Of a DNA stretch of 32,650 nucleotides, positions 24,833 to 32,650 are shown in pieces (the stretch's first letter is position 1; each line of letters opens with the position of its first letter). The translations under genes were made by a program, and so were the position numbers. The notes under the pieces were generated by a model that was given only the letters and a program-made list of their open reading frames with translations, did no database searches and was not told the origin of the DNA. Origin of the DNA: Candidatus Komeilibacteria bacterium (GTDB taxonomy: Bacteria; Patescibacteriota; Patescibacteriia; UBA1558; S5-K13); contig JAUVAE010000002.1 of assembly GCA_030591905.1 (NCBI GenBank), positions 1-32,650 of the forward strand, in the 5' to 3' direction.

Positions 24833-25312
24833 ATGGATAAAGACCTTATTCTTTCTTGGGACGAAACATTTATGCAGATGTGCGATTTAATTGCTCGTCG
24901 ATCAAAAGATCCAAGTACAAAATGTGGAGCAGTAATTGTAGATCAAAAAAATGTGATTGTTGGTTTGGGTTATAATGGTTGGCCACGAGGAATAGAACAC
25001 GATGATTTACCATGGGATAGAGAAGGTGATCTACACAAAACCAAATATGCTTATGTAGTTCATGCTGAAGCTAATGCTATTTATAATGCCAATAAAGATA
25101 CTAAAGATTGTAAATTATATGTTAATTTATTTCCTTGTAATGAGTGTGCCAAGATTATTATCCAAAATGGAATTAAAGAGGTAATTTATAAAGACGATAA
25201 GTATCATGATACTGACATATGTAAGGCTTCTCGTAAAATGTTAGATTTAGCAGATGTAAAATATAAACAGTATACACCAGAATATGAGTTAGATTTAATT
25301 AAATCTAAATAA
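24833..25312 (+). CDS. dCMP deaminase (ComEB-type)
   Basis: Zn motifs VHAEANAI and PCNECAKII. Confidence 0.9.
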   Translation: MDKDLILSWDETFMQMCDLIARRSKDPSTKCGAVIVDQKNVIVGLGYNGWPRGIEHDDLPWDREGDLHKTKYAYVVHAEANAIYNANKDTKDCKLYVNLFPCNECAKIIIQNGIKEVIYKDDKYHDTDICKASRKMLDLADVKYKQYTPEYELDLIKSK

Positions 25313-25315
25313 GAT

Positions 25316-25879
25316 ATGATTATTATAGGAATTACAGGAACTCTAGGAGCTGGGAAAGGAACAATTGTTGATTATTTGACTAAGGAAAAAGGTTTTCAAC
25401 ATTTTTCAGTTAGGACTTATTTACTAGAGAAAATTAAAGAAAGGGGATTGCCAGAGAATAGGGATAGTATGGTTATGATTGCTAATGAATTGCGGGCTGA
25501 TAATTCACCTTCTTATATTGTTGATGAATTATTTAAACAGGCTCAGGCAAGTGCTAAAGATTGTATTATTGAAAGTATTCGTACTCCAGGAGAAGTTGAA
25601 TCTTTAAAAAAACAAGGAGATTTTTATCTTTTTGCCGTTGATGCTGAAGCCCAAACTAGATATGAAAGAGTAGTATTAAGAAAATCAGAAACAGATCAAA
25701 TTTCTTTGGAAACTTTTTTAGAGAATGAAAAAAGAGAAATGGACTCAGATGATCCTAATAAACAGAATTTAAGGAAATGTATTGATATGGCTGATTTCGT
25801 AATTAGTAATGATGGCAGCATTGAAGATTTAGAAAAACAAGTAGATAAAATAATAAATGAAATTAACCCCGTTATATAG
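25316..25879 (+). CDS. P-loop nucleoside/nucleotide kinase-like protein
   Basis: Walker A GITGTLGAGKGT. CoaE/adenylate-kinase-like length. Embedded in the dTTP gene set. Substrate unknown. Confidence 0.6.
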   Translation: MIIIGITGTLGAGKGTIVDYLTKEKGFQHFSVRTYLLEKIKERGLPENRDSMVMIANELRADNSPSYIVDELFKQAQASAKDCIIESIRTPGEVESLKKQGDFYLFAVDAEAQTRYERVVLRKSETDQISLETFLENEKREMDSDDPNKQNLRKCIDMADFVISNDGSIEDLEKQVDKIINEINPVI

Positions 25880-25939
25880 TATCACGAAGCGATAATTTAA
25901 CAGGGTAAAAAGTAGATATAAAATAGAAAGTTATTTTTT

Positions 25940-26365
25940 ATGAAATTGAAGATCAAAATAAAGAAGTTAAGACCAGATGTAAGATTGCCAGAATATGCTT
26001 TAGAAGGTGATGCTGGAATGGATATTTTTTCTAATGAAGATGTAATTATTAAAAAAGGTGAACAACATATTTTTGCAACTGGTTTTGCTTTAGAACTACC
26101 AGAAGGTCATTGTGCTTTAATATGGGATAAAGGAGGCTTAGGAGCTAAAGGTTTAAAAGTTCTTGGTGGAGTTGGAGATTATAATTATCGAGGAGAATAC
26201 ATGGTTGCTTTAGTTAATTTAGGATTAGAAGATTATGAATTTAAAAAAGAAGATAAAATAGCTCAATTATTAATTCAGCCTATTGTTAGCGTTGAACTAG
26301 AAGAAGTAGAAGAATTATCAGAAAGTGTTCGGGGTGAAGGAAGACATGGAAGCACAGGGAAGTAA
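25940..26365 (+). CDS. dut: dUTP diphosphatase
   Basis: GDAGMDIF, GVGDYNYRGE, C-terminal RGEGRHGSTG. Confidence 0.9.
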   Translation: MKLKIKIKKLRPDVRLPEYALEGDAGMDIFSNEDVIIKKGEQHIFATGFALELPEGHCALIWDKGGLGAKGLKVLGGVGDYNYRGEYMVALVNLGLEDYEFKKEDKIAQLLIQPIVSVELEEVEELSESVRGEGRHGSTGK

Positions 26366-26372
26366 TTTTTTC

Positions 26373-26460
26373 TTTGTCATTCCGAGCAAGGTCGAGGAAT
26401 CTTTAAAGTTAATAATATTTAAATATAGAAAGATTTCTCCACTACGGTCGAAATGACAAA
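26373..26460. mobile_element. MITE-like 88-bp element with 29-bp imperfect terminal inverted repeats
   Basis: tttgtcattccgagcaaggtcgaggaatc (26373-26401) versus the reverse complement of 26432-26460, tttgtcatttcgaccgtagtggagaaatc (22/29 identical by hand count). AT-rich centre. Confidence 0.55.
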
Positions 26461-26494
26461 TAGTTAATAATTTAAAAGACAAAGAAAAAATAAT

Positions 26495-27307
26495 ATGCGT
26501 CAATATCTGAAGTTAATGAAAAAAATATATGAGGAGGGGAAAGATAGAGAAAATCGAACTGGTGTAAATACTCGAGGTATTTTCGGGGCTCAGCTGCGTT
26601 TTGATATCTCGGAGACATTTCCTTTACTAACTACCAAAAAAGTCCATTTACGTTCAATTATTCACGAATTACTATGGTTTTTAAGTGGTAATACAAATAT
26701 TAAGTATCTTAATGATAATAATGTAAGTATTTGGGATGAATGGGCCGATGAGAATGGAGATTTAGGACCGATTTATGGTAAACAATGGACAGCTTGGGAA
26801 TCTAATGACGGAACTAAAATTAATCAAATTCAATATGCCGTCGATCAAATAAAAAATAATCCAATTTCGAGAAGAATTATTGTTAGTGGTTGGAATGTGG
26901 GAGATTTACAAACCTTAATTAAAGGTCAAAAATCAGCTCCACCGCCATGCCATTCATTGTTTCAATTTTATGTAAGCGAAGGGAAATTATCTTGTCAGCT
27001 TTATCAACGAAGTGCAGATTTCTTTTTAGGAGTACCTTTTAATATTGCGTCTTATTCTTTATTAACCATGATGATGGCTCAGGTTTGTGGTTTAAAACCG
27101 GGAGAATTTGTGCATACTTTTGGTGATGTTCATATTTATAATAATCATTTTGAACAAGTTGAAAAGCAATTAGCCCGACAGACTAGAGAATTACCAACTA
27201 TGAAAATTAATTCAGAAGTTAAAGATATTTTTAAATTTAAGTTTGAAGATTTTACTTTAGAAAATTATGATCCGCATCCGGGCATTAAAGCACCAATAGC
27301 TATTTAA
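26495..27307 (+). CDS. thyA: Thymidylate synthase (ThyA type)
   Basis: [21 protein letters not shown], catalytic [29 protein letters not shown]. Confidence 0.97.
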   Translation: MRQYLKLMKKIYEEGKDRENRTGVNTRGIFGAQLRFDISETFPLLTTKKVHLRSIIHELLWFLSGNTNIKYLNDNNVSIWDEWADENGDLGPIYGKQWTAWESNDGTKINQIQYAVDQIKNNPISRRIIVSGWNVGDLQTLIKGQKSAPPPCHSLFQFYVSEGKLSCQLYQRSADFFLGVPFNIASYSLLTMMMAQVCGLKPGEFVHTFGDVHIYNNHFEQVEKQLARQTRELPTMKINSEVKDIFKFKFEDFTLENYDPHPGIKAPIAI

Positions 27308-27424
27308 TTTCTAATTTCTAATTTAAAATTTCAATTTAATATCTAATGACCAAATTTTGAATTAATTTAAAAATTAAAAATTCGAATTTTAATTAAAATT
27401 TAAAATTAATAATTAAAAATTTAT

Positions 27425-27922
27425 ATGGCGAAGCCATTATTAAGTATAATTTGTGCGATTGGAAAAAACAGAGCTATTGGTAGAGACAATAAGCTTCTTT
27501 GGGATATTCCGCACGATTTGCAACATTTTAAAGATATTACTTCTGGTCATCCAGTCATCATGGGTCGAAAAACCTTTGAATCTATTGGTCGACCATTAGC
27601 AGGTAGAACAAATATTATAGTTACTCGTGATGAGTCATATCAGCAGGATGAATGTGTTATTTGTCATTCCTTAGAAGAAGCTATTGCAAAAGCTAAAGAG
27701 ATTGACCCAGAAGAAGTTTTTGTGATTGGTGGTGGGTCAATTTATGCTCAAGCAATCGATTTAGTAGATAAACTTTATTTAACTATAGTTGATGACATAG
27801 TAGAGGATGCTGATACTTTTTTTCCAGAATATTCTCAATTTAATAAAATTATTAAGGAAGAACATTTTGAAACTGATGAACTTAAATATTCTTTTGTTGA
27901 GTTAATTAGAGACGATTCATGA
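27425..27922 (+). CDS. folA: Dihydrofolate reductase
   Basis: ICAIGKNRAIGRDNKLLWDIPHDLQHFKDITSGHPVIMGRKTFESIGRPLAGRTNIIVTR, VIGGGSIY. Confidence 0.95.
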   Translation: MAKPLLSIICAIGKNRAIGRDNKLLWDIPHDLQHFKDITSGHPVIMGRKTFESIGRPLAGRTNIIVTRDESYQQDECVICHSLEEAIAKAKEIDPEEVFVIGGGSIYAQAIDLVDKLYLTIVDDIVEDADTFFPEYSQFNKIIKEEHFETDELKYSFVELIRDDS

Positions 27923-27929
27923 ATCGTCT
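27910..27929. repeat. Perfect 20-bp palindrome centred on the folA stop / tmk start overlap
   Basis: agacgattcATGAatcgtct. ATG 27919-21 and TGA 27920-22 lie at the dyad. Confidence 0.9.
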
Positions 27930-28623
27930 ATACAAAATTATGAAAAAAGGAAAATTTATAGTAATAGATGGTTTAGATGGAAGTGGTAAGGGAACTCAGT
28001 TCCGGATTTTAGTTCAAAAGTTAAAAGAGCTTGGTCATGATATAGCTCAAGTAGATTTTCCACGTTATGGAAAGCCTAGTGCTGTTTTTGTAGAAAGATA
28101 TCTTCGTGGAGAATTTGGTTCAGCGGATGAAGTTAAACCAAAAGCAGCTTCTATTTTTTATGCTTTGGATCGTTTTGGTGCTAAGAAAGAAATGAGAAAG
28201 GATTTAGAAAAAGGGAAAATTTTAATTTCTAATCGTTATGTTTCTTCTAATCAGGGACATCAAGCTGGAAAAATTAAAGATTCAGAAAAGAGAAAAGCTT
28301 TTTTAAATTGGTTAGATGAGCTAGAATATGAAATTTTTGAGATTCCGCGACCAGATTTAGGATTATTTATGGATGTTCCTCCAAAAATTGGTCAAAAGTT
28401 AGTTGATGAAAAAGAAGCCCGAGAATATACTAATGGTAAAAAAAGAGACATCCATGAGGATGACTTAAATCATTTAGAAAATGCTTATCGAGCTTATCAA
28501 GAATTAGTAACTAATGATTCAGCTTGGGAAAAAATAGATTGCGTACGAAATGGAAAAATTAAGAGCATTGAAGAAATTTCAAATTTAGTTTTAAAAAGAG
28601 TTTTAAAATTGATTGAAAGTTAA
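27919..28623 (+). CDS. tmk: Thymidylate kinase
   Basis: FIVIDGLDGSGKGTQ P-loop, DRF, lid region. Alternative start ATG 27940 (MKKGKF...) if the first 7 codons are only palindrome sequence. Confidence 0.9.
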   Translation: MNRLYKIMKKGKFIVIDGLDGSGKGTQFRILVQKLKELGHDIAQVDFPRYGKPSAVFVERYLRGEFGSADEVKPKAASIFYALDRFGAKKEMRKDLEKGKILISNRYVSSNQGHQAGKIKDSEKRKAFLNWLDELEYEIFEIPRPDLGLFMDVPPKIGQKLVDEKEAREYTNGKKRDIHEDDLNHLENAYRAYQELVTNDSAWEKIDCVRNGKIKSIEEISNLVLKRVLKLIES

Positions 28624-29489
28624 TTCTTCAATTTTATAACCATAATTCTATTAAGACCTTGCAGGTCTTTTTTTATTTGAATAGTAAGTTTAGAATATAT
28701 CTTTTTTATGTAAGTAGTTAAAGGTTTAATTTGTTTTGGATCCAGTTCTATTAAAATATATTTTGGTTGATATTTGCCTGTCTGCCGGTAGGCATGGAGT
28801 TTAGAAATTTGTTCAAATAATTTTTGATAATAATAAAGCCCATTTTTACCCCCATATAAAGCTTCTATAGGTTCGTAGCGGATTGATTTATCAGTATATT
28901 TATTTTTTAAATAAGGTAAATTAGCTATCAAAATGTCTATTTTTTCTTTTTTTAATTTATCTAAAAGGTTTGATTTGATAAATTTAATTTTAGAACTTAC
29001 TTTGTTTAATTGAGCATTCTTTTTTGCTATTTGTAGTGCTTTAGCAGAAATATCTGTAGCAGTTATTTTTTTAACGCCGTTTTTTACTAGACTAATAGCA
29101 ATACATCCCGAGCCAGTACCAATTTCAACAATTCGTAGGCGACCCGTCGGGTCAGCTTCAACGACCCGACGGGTCGCATCCACAAGTAATTCGGTTTCTG
29201 GTCGAGGGATTAAAACATTTTCATTAACTTTGAATTTTAAACCATAAAATTCTTTGTAGCCTAAAGTATAAGGAATTGGATAATAGGCACTTCTTTTTTC
29301 AATTAAGCTTTGGTATTTTTTAGTTTGTTTCTGATTTAATTTTAATTCTGGATAAGTATATAAATATTCTTTGTTCTTTTTTAAAACTAGAGATAATAAT
29401 AATTCAGCATCTAAATATGCTGAATCTATTTGAGAATCATTTAATTTTTTTGTCCCCCAGATTAAAATTTTTCGCAAATCATTTTTCAT
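28620..29489 (-). CDS. prmC: Release-factor glutamine N5-methyltransferase
   Basis: [27 protein letters not shown] (NPPY variant). The MKNDLRK start at 29489 overlaps the prfA stop by 11 nt, so the longer 29540 ORF is rejected. Confidence 0.88.
   Translation of the reverse strand: MKNDLRKILIWGTKKLNDSQIDSAYLDAELLLSLVLKKNKEYLYTYPELKLNQKQTKKYQSLIEKRSAYYPIPYTLGYKEFYGLKFKVNENVLIPRPETELLVDATRRVVEADPTGRLRIVEIGTGSGCIAISLVKNGVKKITATDISAKALQIAKKNAQLNKVSSKIKFIKSNLLDKLKKEKIDILIANLPYLKNKYTDKSIRYEPIEALYGGKNGLYYYQKLFEQISKLHAYRQTGKYQPKYILIELDPKQIKPLTTYIKKIYSKLTIQIKKDLQGLNRIMVIKLKN
28775..28794. repeat. CCTGCC-family palindrome copy inside prmC (reads HAYRQTGK on the minus strand)
   Basis: tgcctgtctgccggtaggca is identical to the 13156-13175 copy. 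Confidence 0.8.
29139..29177. repeat. GC-rich double palindrome inside prmC
   Basis: gcgacccgtcgggtc (29139-29153) and gacccgacgggtcgc (29163-29177) are perfect 15-bp inverted repeats. Each contains its own GACCCG-N-CGGGTC palindrome. Encodes [13 protein letters not shown]. Confidence 0.9.
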
Positions 29490-30525
29490 TGCGGTAATAT
29501 TCTTTAAGTTTAGTGATAAATTCATTAATATCACCATCAAGTATTTTGTCTAAGTTATGAGAAGTTAAATTAATTCGATGATCGGTGATTCTATTTTGAG
29601 GAAAATTATAAGTTCTAATTTTTTCAGACCTATCACCAGAACCAATTTGTGATTTTCTATTATCAGAAAGTTCTTTCATTCTTTTTTCCTCTTCATAAGC
29701 TAAAACTCTAGATTTTAGAACTTTCATAGCACTTTCTTTGTTTTGAGTTTGAGATCTTTCATCCTGACAAGAAACAACTATATCGGTCGGTAAATGAGTA
29801 ATTCGCACAGCAGAGTAGGTTGTATTTACACCCTGACCTCCTTTACCCGAAGAACAAAAGGTATCTACTCTTAAATCTTTATCTTCGATAACTAAGTCAA
29901 AGTCTTCAGCTTCAGGTAAAACAGCAACTGTGGCTGCAGAAGTATGAATTCGACCAGCTTTTTCAGTTTCGGGAACTCTTTGAACTCGATGAACGCCACT
30001 TTCATATTTTAAAGTTCCAAAAGCATTATCGCCAGTAATTGAGAATACTATTTCTTTAAATCCACCAATACCTATTTTGTTTTCGTTAATAATTTTAATT
30101 TTATAATTATTTTTTTCAGCAAAACGAGAATACATTCGAAAAAGATCTGCTGCAAATAAAGCAGATTCATCGCCACCTGTTCCAGCTCGAATTTCCATGA
30201 TGGCATTTTTTTTATCTAGAGGAGAGGAGGGTTTTATTAATTCATCCGTTTCGTTTTCTAATTTTTGAAATTTTTTTTCTAGTTTTGGTCTTTCATCTTC
30301 AGCTAATTTTTTAAACTCTTCATCTGTAGATTTTAAGGCCTCTTCACATTCTCTAATTTGTTTTTGGAGATTTTCTAATTCATCTAGATTATTAATTACT
30401 TTTTTAACTTCATTGTATTCTTTAGATATGCTTTGTACTTTTTTGTGATCATTAAAAACAGCTGGATCATTCATTTGTTTTTCCAGTTCTATAAATTTGT
30501 CTTTAAATTCTTTATTTGTAATCAT
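29479..30525 (-). CDS. prfA: Peptide chain release factor 1
   Basis: GGQ motif [12 protein letters not shown]1-type P-x-T motif [16 protein letters not shown] stop. Confidence 0.97.
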   Translation of the reverse strand: MITNKEFKDKFIELEKQMNDPAVFNDHKKVQSISKEYNEVKKVINNLDELENLQKQIRECEEALKSTDEEFKKLAEDERPKLEKKFQKLENETDELIKPSSPLDKKNAIMEIRAGTGGDESALFAADLFRMYSRFAEKNNYKIKIINENKIGIGGFKEIVFSITGDNAFGTLKYESGVHRVQRVPETEKAGRIHTSAATVAVLPEAEDFDLVIEDKDLRVDTFCSSGKGGQGVNTTYSAVRITHLPTDIVVSCQDERSQTQNKESAMKVLKSRVLAYEEEKRMKELSDNRKSQIGSGDRSEKIRTYNFPQNRITDHRINLTSHNLDKILDGDINEFITKLKEYYRNEK

Positions 30526-30641
30526 CCTATTAGATAATTTATTTTTTAAATATGTTTTTAGGTATGAGGCGTTCCTGAGTAGATAATTTATTAATTATCT
30601 AACAGGACACGTATATTTATTATATATTGTTTTATAAAATA

Positions 30642-30675
30642 AAAACACTCTTATTTAAATATAAAAGAGTGTTTT
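30642..30675 (-). terminator. rpmE terminator
   Basis: aaaacactctt/aagagtgtttt 11-bp stem. On the minus strand it is followed by tttttatttta. Confidence 0.7.
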
Positions 30676-30688
30676 AATATATGTGAAG

Positions 30689-30982
30689 CTATTTTTCAAT
30701 TTTTACTTTTTTGGCTTTAGTTTTTTTAGCTGTATTTCTGACTTTTTTAGCCTTCTTTCCAACTTTAGTTTTAGCTACTTTAGCTTGACTAGCAAGACGT
30801 TTTTCGTATTTGTTAATAATTCCAGCGTCATCAATTAATTTTTGTTTACCAGTATAAAAAGGATGACATTTAGAACATAATTCAACTTCTAATTTTTCGT
30901 TTGTTGAGCCAACTTCAAAAGTATTGCCACAAGTACAGATGACTTTTGCTTTATGATATTTTGGATGGATATCTTTTTTCAT
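30689..30982 (-). CDS. rpmE: 50S ribosomal protein L31 (Zn-ribbon type) with Lys-rich C-terminal extension
   Basis: MKKDIHPKYH, CTCG...CSKCHPFYTGKQK, then about 30 aa of KAKK-type tail. Confidence 0.95.
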   Translation of the reverse strand: MKKDIHPKYHKAKVICTCGNTFEVGSTNEKLEVELCSKCHPFYTGKQKLIDDAGIINKYEKRLASQAKVAKTKVGKKAKKVRNTAKKTKAKKVKIEK

Positions 30983-31069
30983 AAATTTTTATTGATTTAG
31001 TTATAAAAAGATAATAGCAGATATCTAATAATAAATCAAGGGTTTGTATAAGGTTTTTAAAAGATAATA

Positions 31070-31098
31070 TTGACTTAAATAATAATATGTGATATTAT
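31070..31098 (+). promoter_or_regulatory. Near-consensus sigma-70 promoter with extended -10
   Basis: TTGACT (31070-31075), 17-bp spacer, TGaTATTAT (-10 at 31093-31098). AGGAGG before ATG 31126. Same architecture as 13490..13518. Confidence 0.55.
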
Positions 31099-31125
31099 AT
31101 GATATTGAAATAAGGAGGAGAGAAG

Positions 31126-31470
31126 ATGAAAAGATTTATTTTATTATTTATTGTAATGTTGATTTTGTTGGCTTGTTCTAGCAATATAGCGTATTCTAGC
31201 AAATATAATGTTTCCGAAAATGAAGAATACATTTTTGCTTGGGCAGAGGATCTAACGTTTGCAAAAGCCTTACATAAATGTAAAGAAAATATTTGTCTTT
31301 ATTATGGCTATGTTGACGAGCTGAATTCTCAAGAAAAATGGTTGATAGTTGAAACAAGTGTTTTTAATGTAGAAATTGTTGATCGGTTTCAAATTAGAGA
31401 TACTGAACGACGTTGTGTGTCTATCAAAATTTTTAAATCAAAAAATAAACATTTAATAAAGCGGGAGTAA
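31126..31470 (+). CDS. Small lipoprotein (hypothetical)
   Basis: Signal plus lipobox MKRFILLFIVMLILLAC. Strong RBS. Own promoter and terminator. Confidence 0.65.
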   Translation: MKRFILLFIVMLILLACSSNIAYSSKYNVSENEEYIFAWAEDLTFAKALHKCKENICLYYGYVDELNSQEKWLIVETSVFNVEIVDRFQIRDTERRCVSIKIFKSKNKHLIKRE

Positions 31471-31484
31471 TTCTCGCTTTTTTG
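31460..31484 (+). terminator. Terminator of the lipoprotein cassette
   Basis: agcggg/ctcgct stem with a 7-nt loop, then tttttt. Confidence 0.55.
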
Positions 31485-31597
31485 TTAAATGAAAAAATCA
31501 CCAGCTTTAGCTGGTGTGTGCGTTTGAAAGCGTAGCGGTTTGTTTAGCACATTATTGTGCGATCTGTATTAAATACCATTATTTATTTTATTTAAAC

Positions 31598-31841
31598 AAT
31601 GTCTTGCTACGTTGATAGCATACTGAATAAGATTTTTCATTGTTTTGAGATAACTTTTCTTTAACTACCTTTTTCTAGAAAAAGGTAGTGCCAAAAAGTC
31701 GCGTCTAGACAAAAATTTAGAGAATTTATCATTCAGCTAAATGAATTTCAATATTCGTCATTCCCATTCCTCGTAGAAATTCTATTCAGCTTCTTTCAAA
31801 TTGTATCTAAATATTTTATAGGACGCAGAAAATACAAAAAG
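31598..31841 (+). ncRNA. Candidate structured non-coding element, copy B (homologous to 5057..5310)
   Basis: Hairpin actaccttttt-ctag-aaaaaggtagt (31664-31689). Long-range pairing 31701-31720 with 31807-31826. Inner hairpin 31736-31749 with 31776-31790. Conserved loop tcgtcatt..attcctc. Confidence 0.4.
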
Positions 31842-31880
31842 ATGGCTTTATTTTTTAATGAATTGAAAATTGAATCATTA

Positions 31881-31900
31881 CCTGCCTGCCGGTAGGCAGG
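31881..31900. repeat. CCTGCC..GGCAGG palindrome copy
   Basis: cctgcctgccggtaggcagg. Confidence 0.8.
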
Positions 31901-31940
31901 GATATTAAATTAAAATTTAAAATTAGAAATTGAAAATTCA

Positions 31941-31967
31941 AAAAACTCCAATCCAAGCGGAGTTTTT
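31941..31967 (+). terminator. Hairpin/T-run terminator upstream of the rpsB promoter
   Basis: aaaaactcc-aatccaagc-ggagttttt. Confidence 0.55.
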
Positions 31968-31979
31968 GCTATAAAAGCA

Positions 31980-32008
31980 TTGCCAAAGATAATTTATTAT
32001 GTTATCAT
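31980..32008 (+). promoter_or_regulatory. Candidate rpsB promoter
   Basis: TTGCCA (31980-85), 17-bp spacer, TGtTATCAT (-10 at 32003-08). Confidence 0.4.
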
Positions 32009-32067
32009 CTAATTACTATTTTAGCTATTTTAGTTAGAATAGTTTCTTATTAAATAATTTATAAAAT

Positions 32068-32650
32068 ATGAAAACAGTATCAATTTTAGATTTATTGAAG
32101 AGTGGAGCTCATTTTGGGCATCAAAAATCAAAACGTTATCCAAAAATGGATAAGTACATTTTTGGTCTTAAAAATGGTACTCATATCATTAATCTAGAAG
32201 AAACAATCAAATCCTTGGAAGGTGTTTCTAAATTTATCAAAAAAATGGTTGCTGATGATGGTCAAATTCTTTTTATTGGAACAAAGAGACAAGCCAAAGC
32301 AATTATTAAAGAAAATGCTGAAAAATGTAATATGCCTTATGTAATTTTCCGTTGGATAGGTGGAACTTTTACAAATTTTAAGAATATTTATAAACTTCCT
32401 AAAAAATTAAAAGAACTAGAAGAAAATAAAGAAAAAGGAACTTATAAAGATAATACTAAAAAGGAACAATTGATTATTGATCGGGAAATTACAAAATTTC
32501 AAGAAATGGTAGAGGGAATTAGAAATATGGAAAAATTACCAGCAGCAGTTTTTGTTGTTGATATTAAGAATGAAAATACAGCCGTAGAAGAAGCGATTAA
32601 AAAGAATATTCCAATTATTGCTATTACAGATACAAATGTTAATCCTGAAA
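32068..32650 (+). CDS. rpsB: 30S ribosomal protein S2, 3'-truncated by window edge
   Basis: Hand translation MKTVSILDLLKSGAHFGHQKSKRYPKMDKYIFGLKNGTHIINLEET...; open to the end of the window, so absent from the ORF track. Confidence 0.95.
   Translation, partial: MKTVSILDLLKSGAHFGHQKSKRYPKMDKYIFGLKNGTHIINLEETIKSLEGVSKFIKKMVADDGQILFIGTKRQAKAIIKENAEKCNMPYVIFRWIGGTFTNFKNIYKLPKKLKELEENKEKGTYKDNTKKEQLIIDREITKFQEMVEGIRNMEKLPAAVFVVDIKNENTAVEEAIKKNIPIIAITDTNVNPE

Noticed and set aside
26318-26503. 61-aa minus-strand ORF over the MITE-like element
   Set aside because: Composed of the inverted-repeat element and gene ends. No coding signals.
28620-29540. Longer prmC ORF starting at 29540
   Set aside because: It would overlap 62 nt of prfA. 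MKNDLRK at 29489 gives the usual short prfA/prmC overlap.
4937-31900. CRISPR array interpretation of the recurring GC-rich palindromes
   Set aside because: Copies are kilobases apart and irregularly spaced, some lie inside genes, and no cas genes are present. This is a dispersed REP-like family, not an array.
1-32650. Alternative genetic code (UGA reassigned, as in some CPR lineages)
   Set aside because: TGA terminates well-defined genes at expected lengths (first surface protein, folA, prfA), and conserved proteins need no in-frame TGA read-through.

Overview
AT-rich bacterial chromosomal segment using the standard code (TGA is a stop at 746-748, 27920-27922 and 29479-29481). Gene content looks like a reduced-genome Patescibacteria/CPR-type organism; that is an inference from content, not a search result.

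Gene order, left to right:
- A four-gene cell-surface operon: a membrane-anchored beta-sandwich protein, a Cys-rich-repeat/dockerin protein and two membrane-anchored cohesin-like proteins.
- DUF1653, an S41 C-terminal processing peptidase, a deoxyribosyltransferase-like protein, an AlkD-like DNA alkylation repair protein and a patatin-like protein.
- dnaG, rpoD (with a Lys-rich tandem-repeat N-terminus) and tRNA-Asn(GTT).
- A PadR-headed island with a nucleotidyltransferase, a viperin-like radical SAM enzyme and a convergent Nudix hydrolase.
- A beta-propeller protein.
- An interrupted secE-nusG-[four-helix-bundle gene]-rplK-[membrane protein]-rplA cluster.
- An EamA transporter fused to riboflavin kinase.
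- A contiguous dTTP module: dCMP deaminase, P-loop kinase, dut, thyA, folA, tmk.
- prmC-prfA and rpmE on the minus strand, a small lipoprotein cassette, and the 5' part of rpsB.

The non-coding space carries several families of short GC-rich perfect palindromes. They sit just after stop codons, and some lie in frame inside genes.

Best leads:
1. The nucleotidyltransferase / viperin-like radical SAM (CX5CX2C) / Nudix island.
2. A ~250-nt non-coding element present twice (5057-5310 and 31598-31841), with compensatory base-pair changes in three helices.
3. GC-rich palindromes embedded in frame in prmC and rpoD and across the folA/tmk junction.
4. A dockerin/cohesin surface module.
5. A transporter-riboflavin kinase fusion.

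No CRISPR array, rRNA or obvious transposase or integrase gene was seen.
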